Below, piece after piece: positions 60,538 through 64,000 of a stretch of DNA of 64,000 bases. Each line of letters starts with the position of its first letter. Position 1 is the stretch's first letter. The DNA comes from an uncultured delta proteobacterium (GTDB lineage: Bacteria; Desulfobacterota; Binatia; DP-6), in assembly GCA_963815115.1 (NCBI GenBank), contig CAWFFN010000012.1, positions 192,001 through 256,000 of the forward strand. The letters run 5' to 3'. The notes beneath the pieces are model-generated. The model was not told the origin of the DNA. It saw only the letters and a list, made by a program, of their open reading frames with translations, and made no database searches. A program made the translations under genes and the position numbers.

Positions 60538-61439
60538 TCCTCGTCGCGGCGCTGTGGGCGACCACGGCGCACGGCAGCGGCGCGTGTGACGAGGGGCGCA
60601 GCGCCACCGGCCTCGCCCTGATCCTGCGCGCGGGGGTGCTCACGGTCGACGTGGTCGATCCCGGCTCGCCCGCGACCCGGGCCGGGCTCCGGCCGGGCGA
60701 CGCGATCCTCCAGGTGAACGACGTTCTTCCGCGCTCCTGCGCGCAGTTCGCCCGGGCGCTGGCGGCGGCGCGCGACGATCGCAAGGCGCTTCTCATTCTC
60801 GTGCGGCGCGGCGACACGGAGGTTCCGCTCGCTCTCGGGGCGGCGACCTGGGGTACGCCGGCTCCTGCTCAGTCGGAGGCCGGGCCCACGACCGGGCCGC
60901 CGTCGGTGGCCGCGCCGACGAGCCGGCCGGTGCCTCCGCCGCCTCCTCCGCTGCCACCCGAGACCGCCGTCTCCGTGGACGGCGTGCTCCGCGACCTGGC
61001 CGCGCTGGCACCTCCCGATAAGCCGCCCACGAGCCTGCCCGCATATCGAGACGCCGTCGTGCACGCCCGCCGCGAGGTCGAGACCCTGGCGGCGCGCAAG
61101 GCCGCGCCGGAGGACGTCGTCGCCGAGATGCGTTCGGTGCTGCGCTACTACGAGGGCGCGGCGATCGCCTGGGAGGCCATCGAGGGCGATCGCGAGCGCG
61201 AGCACCTGAGCCGCAAGCTCCCCGTGCCCGACAGCCTCGCGGTCCCGTACTTCACCGACTCGCCCGTTGCCTCACTGGTGGACGAGTTCGATTTCCTCGA
61301 CGGCACGGTCGCACGCCGGCCCACGGGTGGACGGATCGTGGAGGCCTCCGGCCTGTGGCGGCCCGTGTGGGCGCGGCTGCTTCTCTGGGAGCGCGGCGGT
61401 CAGGCCCTGGAGCAGCTCCGCAGCCGGGTCGGTCGCTAG
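60516..61439 (+). CDS. Secreted PDZ-domain protein with Pro-rich linker and helical C-terminal domain
   Basis: VDPGSPATRAGLRPGDAILQVND (PDZ); signal-like N-terminus. Confidence 0.75.
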   Translation: MGRCCGLILVAALWATTAHGSGACDEGRSATGLALILRAGVLTVDVVDPGSPATRAGLRPGDAILQVNDVLPRSCAQFARALAAARDDRKALLILVRRGDTEVPLALGAATWGTPAPAQSEAGPTTGPPSVAAPTSRPVPPPPPPLPPETAVSVDGVLRDLAALAPPDKPPTSLPAYRDAVVHARREVETLAARKAAPEDVVAEMRSVLRYYEGAAIAWEAIEGDREREHLSRKLPVPDSLAVPYFTDSPVASLVDEFDFLDGTVARRPTGGRIVEASGLWRPVWARLLLWERGGQALEQLRSRVGR

Positions 61440-61465
61440 CCGCTCTCGTCGGTGGCCTGGACCTG

Positions 61466-61504
61466 GTCAGGCCTTCCTGTCAGGCCTTCTCGTCAGGTCT
61501 TTTT
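61466..61504. repeat. Three imperfect 13-bp tandem repeats
   Basis: GTCAGGCCTTCCT / GTCAGGCCTTCTC / GTCAGGTCTTTTT starting at 61466, 61479 and 61492. Confidence 0.75.
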
Positions 61505-61615
61505 GGCGGCGCGCTGGCGCCGCTTCTCCTTCGCCTGCTCGTGGTGGCGCTCCTTGACCCGCTCGCGGCGACGCTTGCGGCGGCGCCTCAGCTCACGCTG
61601 GCGTTCCGTACCCAT
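61493..61615 (-). CDS. 40-aa Arg/Lys-rich small protein (DUF6800-like)
   Basis: MGTERQRELRRRRKRRRERVKERHHEQAKEKRRQRAAKKT; below the ORF-track size cutoff. Confidence 0.6.
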   Translation of the reverse strand: MGTERQRELRRRRKRRRERVKERHHEQAKEKRRQRAAKKT

Positions 61616-61710
61616 GCGCGGGCGTCTCTACACCGCCCGGCCGCCGCCCGGCAAGCACGACGCTGGCGTTGCAGCGGCGCGGCAGGCTAGGCTCGTGCGC
61701 GAGGGCGCGC

Positions 61711-64000
<2,290 letters not shown>

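Overview
This is a very GC-rich bacterial chromosomal window with about 65 densely packed genes. I see no rRNA, tRNA, CRISPR array, transposase or integrase. Gene content (LpxA, Cys-type CcmE, DUF1302-like barrel, Cys-rich secreted proteins, several LLM/CoA-transferase/SCP2 genes, sigma54 activator) suggests a diderm 'deltaproteobacteria-like' organism such as Ca. Binatia; this is inference only. Housekeeping blocks: exeA/exeB, PII, hemE-hemH-hemY plus hemD, yacG-lpxA, a ccm operon (E,F,H,I-like,A,B,C,D) with an embedded tRNA-binding/CsaA-like gene, fused ETF, thiO-like oxidase, riboflavin synthase, pcs, glpK, a divergent DAHP synthase, type II PanK, glpD with an alkyl-DHAP-synthase-like gene, coaE, and a truncated sensor kinase. 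glnB, hemE and glpK each carry one frameshift, most likely consensus errors. The most interesting observations are: (i) a GAF-sigma54 activator facing a near-consensus -24/-12 promoter and two unannotated small membrane proteins; (ii) a small protein with a mitochondrial-IF1-like helix fused to a zinc ribbon; (iii) a PHM/DBM-type copper monooxygenase-like protein with a full ligand set; (iv) a surface protein whose PKD domain is split by an unknown helical insert; (v) a DAHP synthase with substituted substrate-binding motifs; (vi) a GNAT-LLM fusion coupled to the heme operon; (vii) a 145-bp element bounded by inverted palindromic ends. All family calls come from motif recognition by eye; no database searches were run.
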